Source: Marsupella aquatica
Taxonomy: Eukaryota > Plantae > Marchantiophyta
Length of the DNA: 64,000 nucleotides
Assembly: GCA_973895155.1 (NCBI GenBank)
Contig: OZ316892.1
Span: 13,756,861-13,820,860, forward strand
Direction: 5' to 3'
Shown: piece by piece, positions 57,971 through 64,000 of the stretch
Position numbering within the stretch: the stretch's first letter is position 1
Layout of the letters: each line of letters starts with the position of its first letter
Made by a program: the position numbers and the translations under genes
The notes under the pieces: generated by a model
What the model saw: only the letters and a program-made list of their open reading frames with translations
Databases searched by the model: none
Told to the model about the DNA's origin: nothing

Positions 57971-60900
57971 CTAAGACTGAGATCTGGAGGGTCCTGAAAG
58001 GAAGTCGTCGTCATCTACCACATAAATTTTTTCTGCATCCATAATGAAATCTGTGTTCGGAATTTCTCCACCGTCTTGGTTCAAGATTTTCGTGCCCACT
58101 TTTCCGAAATGCTGGTACGCAGAGTCGAGAATCTCTTGAATGTTTGGAGGAACCCAATCCATTCGTCCACCAGTCCTCGCACCAACGGGAGTCCACGGAT
58201 GGAATGGGAAAATCGTCACCCTTCTACGAGCCCGGGTTGCTGGTTGCTCTGTCAGTGAGGGTCGACCCCTTTGTCTGATGGGGAGAAACCGATAATTCTT
58301 TGCCGAATTGTCAAAATCTACGTGGCGTTGTCGACTACTAGATTGTCCTCCACCAAAACTCAAGTTTCTACTGGACCGCCTTTCGGAGCCGCTGCCCTGA
58401 CTACGTAAGTGGCCGGAATGTGATACCACCGCGGGATCAGACTGCGCGATACCACTTCGCCCTGAGGAACTTTCTTCTTCAATTCTGCCTTCGGTCTCTG
58501 CGTGCCGTTCGAGAAGAAATGACAAGTTGACATTATTTTGGGTTTAAAATCTACATTGCAGAGAATTCAGCAGTAACGCTTTCTAAAACACTGGACATCG
58601 GAAAGGCTTAACCTGAGCTCTGGAAGGAGAGACAAGCGTCAGTACCTTTTTGCAAACCTGCTCGTTTGGGGCGTAGGACGCGTCCTGATGAATGCGTGTC
58701 CTGCTTTCGCTTAGCGGCAGCCTCTTTCAGCAGTGGAATTAGCGGTGCATGGTCATGGAGCATAGCTTCATCTAACGCTGTCCGCCCCCATCTGAGTAAT
58801 GGATGACAAATTATTCAGTTCTAGCAAACACATAATATTGTTTGTTGGTTTTACTCATCTAATAAATTGGATGAGATCTTTTTTTAGCTTACTTCAAGCG
58901 CGACGAGTCGGTAAGAAGTGAACGACTCACGTAGGCTAAAGAAAGCGCATGAGACGAGTATTAGTAATGAATTAATCACAAATATCACATTCGATATCTG
59001 GTCAGTGTCTAACACTGCGCTACCAAATTCGATTCCCCGTACTCAGACGTCATGACGCCATTATACGATTACCAAAAGATAGACCAGACTTCTAAGTAAG
59101 AAACCATTATCGATCTCAAGGAGTCTTCCTAGACATCATTCTTCAGAGCTATTGCTTCTGTCTGAATCTTCAGGTCGTTCCTTCATTTAGTCGATGGCTA
59201 GTTTTTACGACATTCGAGCAAAAAATAACATGGAGTCATTCCAAAGCAGCAAGCGCACCTGTCCTGGGCATAGATGTCTGCTCCATACTCAATAAGCAAC
59301 CTTGCCACGCCATGATTGCCTTCAGCGGATGCAATATGCAGCGCTGTTCGCTTGTCATAGTCTGATGAAGAAGGATCAGCACCCACCGTTAAGAGTCTCC
59401 GCAGCAATTCGTTGTTGCCATCTTTCACTGCTTGGCACAGGTAACTGCCAGAGTCTTTTAAGTGCAACTGAGCTCCTTGGTCGACCAGCACAGACATGCA
59501 ATGATCGTGGCCTCCCCTGACTGCCTCCAGTAATGGGGTGATACCAAACTTGTCTACAAAAGCAAATCTCTGTCAGGACTGCTAGGGAAAGAGAACAAAT
59601 TAAATCTTGAAGGTCTTTCAGGACTTTGTTAGCGCTTAGCATCAGAACAGATGTTTGAACTTTGTGTTGGAGGATAAGAATAAGAAATCTCGTCACAGAA
59701 GTCAAACTTTTGTCATGTGTTGCGACGGATCTTACTGAAGCCTCTTTTAGCTCCGTCAGACTCTCACACTATGAGATGACAAACATCCTATACCTGCTAC
59801 CATACTTGTGCGTGCCACAGATGCATCATCTGCAAGGACGTGCCTAACCGTCGCTGAACTTTCATTGCCATAAACTGGTTCAAACAACCGCTCTCTGGGG
59901 CCCTAGTCGTCAAAAATCCTTCGGCCCTAATCAGCTTAATAAGCTTATAATCAACGTGGAGGAAATGTCCGAGTACGAGTACCACGATTAGAACTCTCGA
60001 GAGAAATTAGGATTTACGTTATAATTGATTTCAGCAAGAGTATTATTGAGGTATGGTACAAGAATATTTCTCCTCCAACAAGGACAAGGGGTTTCTTCTT
60101 ACCTCATTTCTACACAACCGTGGTCTAATCTACGCAAAGAGACTAAAGTATTCCCATCGTCTACACCGCCGATGTAAAGGGAAACATTGGGCGGGTAAAG
60201 AAGAAATAACTCACCAATAGCATTTATGTCTGCGCCTTCTCTGATTAGAAATAACACAACAGATTCGTATCCCTTCGACGCCGCCAAGTGCTGTAACACA
60301 AGATCACAGCTCAATTTCCAGAAGCGTGCCAAGTTCCCAACGGGGTTCCCAACCATGCGCACGAAATCTTTCTTCGCTAGATTACTATACTTCTACATTG
60401 ACCAGGCATAAATAGTGCTACAAAATGTCTACATGCTACAGTTGCGTGACAGCAAGGCTTAAGGGGAATAGGTTGATATCAGTCTTACCAGAGCTGTTCT
60501 GCCATCATAATCAGCCTTTGCAACAACCGCCCCTTGTTTGACCAAGTGCTTTAGCTGTGGAAGATCTCCTTGAAACGATGCGTTGTTTACCATCAAAGCT
60601 AGTTCTGCTGCATGTTTTGCCACCAAGAATGTCACATCTGCTGCAATTTGTCCTATCCGAGCATCTGTGTCCTTCCACTGTCATGTAAACAACGATCAAA
60701 GTTACTACATGTGCCACAATGGCAGGATAAAGGTGAGAGAAATTTATGAAGATTTTTAATCACTTGCTTTACAGTCATGCTGCTGGAAATTATTGTACTC
60801 CAAATATTGGCATCAGCTTGGAGAAACGTCTTGGTCAAGGTAACTAGCAATTTGATACAAAAGTTCTGAAGCAAATGTCTCTCAAAGCACTGTACAACTC

Positions 60901-63871
60901 TTTTTCAGAGACTCAGACTTGCAGAGTGTATGAAGATGAAATCTGCCCTCGTGTATTCATGAGAGTGAAATAACAACGACAAGAGTGAATAAACGAATTA
61001 TGGAAATTTTTGCATACGGCCGATTAGAAAATCTAGGCCAAGGGGAAGAATCTTAGAGTTTACTGATGTTGTCACAACGTAAACTACCCTACAAAATACC
61101 GCTGCCAAATTCCAAGTACCTCCAAGAGATTGTTGATTAGAAGTCGCCCATCATTAAAGTAAATTTGCACCAAATCAGTGAATGCATGCTTATCAACTCG
61201 CATAAGCCTGCACAGCTCAACAACACGGACTGTGAAGGGCTGTGGAATGTTGCACATAACTCCAACTTCCCCAAAAATACTTTCTGCCTGATGTCTTTCT
61301 ACCATTTCCACTTTGCCGTCCTCATGTACCAATATTTCTTCCTGCCATGAGTGTATAAGACAAAATAACAAAACCTTGCTTAGTGATCCATCTCCATGTC
61401 AAGACACTAGCTACATTGCAACAAGTAGTCAGAAACAGAGCGATATACGCAGTAGACAGTCTTGTTCTACTACTCTCTGACCACCTAAGCCACAACGTGA
61501 GCCACTAACGTGACGAAAACTCTCCCTTCCCAATACATCATAAAGCTTGGTTTTTATCCCAAAATGTATCTTAAGTCTATACACCCAGGACTAGGTGCGA
61601 TTAAAGGCCAGTGAGCTCCAAAGTTTATAATAAATCTACGGTGATGGAGATTGCCAGAACAGTTTATCAAGACATGGAGACGATTTCATCTTTCCTCAGG
61701 AGCCCACACCTTATCAATTACATCGTTACATAGAAACTTGGAAGACAATCAGAAAAATGTGCTTGAGTCAAGACTACTCACCAAAACACCACTGCAAACA
61801 ACATAAAAATGTTCTGACGCCCCTCCTTGGTGGACCACTACCTCCCCAGGTAAAAAATGTTCCTCCGTGACTTTGCTTACCTGTGTACTCGAAATATAAG
61901 CATAAAGACCATCAGCAACTCTACAGCCAGATCCCTTCATCCTTCACTGTAGAATAAAATTCACGCTAGAATTCACATATTCTGAACAATCACAGTGGAA
62001 ACTCCTTGTTCGACAAGCTTGCAAGAAGACTGAGTTTAGAGACATACTATTTCATCCATAAACTCGGACGAACATCCCCTGAAGATTGCCACACGCTCAA
62101 TGATATGAATGTAAAGGGAGTGTGCAACCTGCCACAACAATTGTGTTATTTCTCAGGAAAAGGCTGCGAAAACTGATGAGTTAAGTGAATGATTTCAACA
62201 TAAATGCTTCCTTTCCACGTATAATGCTATTGTTACAGATAAATTTGGAAATGGAGTGAAATCGATATAAAGAAATGGATGCTACAGTTACCTGTGAGCG
62301 GATGGTACTGGGGAGATCTTCAATAACATCGTCTTCCGTCAGGGCACCACTCTCGAACTGCAAGAGTACATGACTCTTCATCTGGTGTCGGATGTGGTGG
62401 GGTAAATGATGTTTATTCATGAAGTTAATCAGCGAAGTCATTTTGTCTCTAAATTTTTCTGTGGCAGAACCCTTCACTATCAAAGCAGTCATGTTACCCA
62501 GTAGATACGCTCCCAGAATCATGTTGAACGAGACAAATATAATTACAAAAATCATCTCTCGTACATTCACCGCGTGTATGTCACCATAACCTGCCCCATG
62601 CAGTATGAAAAATTTATCAATTCTGAAAACCTACTCCCTTCAAGAAGTTTTCTTTCAAGTAAAACCATCGTTAAAATTGCTTAATTTTCATCTATCTATC
62701 AAAGTTATAAATTTACACCGTGGCCGTATGATGTTGACAAAGAAAACGACAGAAATGGCTCTAAGTTACGAGCTCTACTGAAAAACTATGAAGTAGATGA
62801 TGAATTCCTACAGTACACAGTTCAAAGAAACACCGTAGTCTACTACAACAACCGGTCCTTATTTTCACTTAGCTAACCTTCCTAAGTACTACGGAATAAC
62901 ATTTGGACGAAATTCCTTGACTACTTTTTTCATCCTGGTTATCAACTCTTGGATTCATTACTAGCTAGAGGAGACTTGTGCACTCGCATCGAGAACAGAA
63001 CACTTCAAACCCTATATCTTTGAGCTACTCATCTCTAGCAAATCAGAGAGATTCTGCAAAACAGCTGAAACAACTGCTTTGCGGATAGAATACTATACTA
63101 GCATCGATTTCAAAAGCTAACCCAACCCCTTCTGGAATTGAATCCAAGGTACACCCGGCCATCTCTCACAAAATGAATTGCAAATGACGCCTAAATAGGG
63201 CAGCCAATGTGCCTAACTAGTAAGTAGACTATGTGTTTCTTGAGCGGTGCAGTTGAGATTGAAGAAGCATATCACATAGAACAGGATTCAGAGCTTTTCA
63301 CGAGATGACCCACAGGAGGTGGAAGCATACTCAAATTGCATGGCAAGTGTGGATAGAAGACCGAGGTCTATCAGGACTGTCCCCGGCCGAGTAACTGGAC
63401 ACAGCAGTCTTAAATCAAGGTTGCTGGATGCGATCGCTGAAAGTCCCCAAGTTTTCCAGGGAGCAAATACGTCAGACCACGTCGAAAAGAAGCAAGGCTT
63501 AAGAGCTTAAGCGTTGGAAAATAGTCCTCACCTACAGTAGCCATAGTAATAACTGCCCAGTATAAAGAAGTAATATAACGCTTCCCAAAATCAATTGCTC
63601 TGAAATCTGTGTATGTAAAGCTCCCCAAGGTAAGGCTTCCAAGCCACGTATATGTCTCCTTCCTGGATGGAACGGTCGTTGCCAAGTAATAATATATACA
63701 TGCAGCAGTGTGCGTACTATACAGCTCCACAGCCAAAAGCTTCACGATCCTGGCAGCAAAATAATTGATACGGATGTCCTTCTCTAGCCTGTCAAAGAAA
63801 GAATCCACCTTCACTATCCGATACAGACGTGTCCATACCAGATATCTGACCTCTTCTTTATGTCCAGAAGC
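57971..63871 (-). CDS. Shaker-type outward-rectifying K+ channel (SKOR/GORK-like); 5' exons lie beyond the window
   Basis: RLEKDIRINY..RIVKLLAVELYSTHTAAC, SLYWAVITMATVG|YGDIHAVN pore, MILGAYLLGNMTALIVKGS, cyclic-nucleotide-binding domain, ankyrin repeats (DYDKRTALHIA) and KHA domain (RRVTIFPFHPW). Confidence 0.95.
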
Positions 63872-64000
63872 CTGCACGTGGATTAAAGACATGAATCACT
63901 TATTGATGATTTCGCCAGGAAAAAAGCCGCCTCAACCAGTGCATTCACATGGAAAGGTTTGACGGACGACATAGAGAAACTTTGAGACAAGTTGGGTGCC

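Overview
Eukaryotic nuclear DNA from a land plant, probably a non-seed plant such as a bryophyte (inferred from gene content, short spliceosomal introns and Ty1/copia content). The left half holds an intronless CHLP gene followed by a transposon island. The island contains a complete Ty1/copia element (3244-9935), a solo LTR, and a three-level nest: copia-2 (19153-31965) contains copia-3 (24783-31752), which carries three non-autonomous TIR elements with 8-bp TSDs. The right half is gene-dense: GRWD1/RRB1-like WD40 gene, an orphan 496-aa ORF, a spliced DOT1-family methyltransferase, RecQ4 helicase, and the 3' part of a SKOR/GORK-type Shaker K+ channel. Most notable: (1) all three copia elements, which are diverged from one another, have an in-frame TGA at the same gag/protease position, exactly 16 codons before the WILD motif, suggesting programmed stop-codon readthrough; (2) an apparently intact DOT1-like methyltransferase, a family reported absent from Arabidopsis; (3) GC-rich 15-bp-TIR/8-bp-TSD elements that do not fit the hAT terminal consensus. 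Exon boundaries were read by eye and some are approximate.
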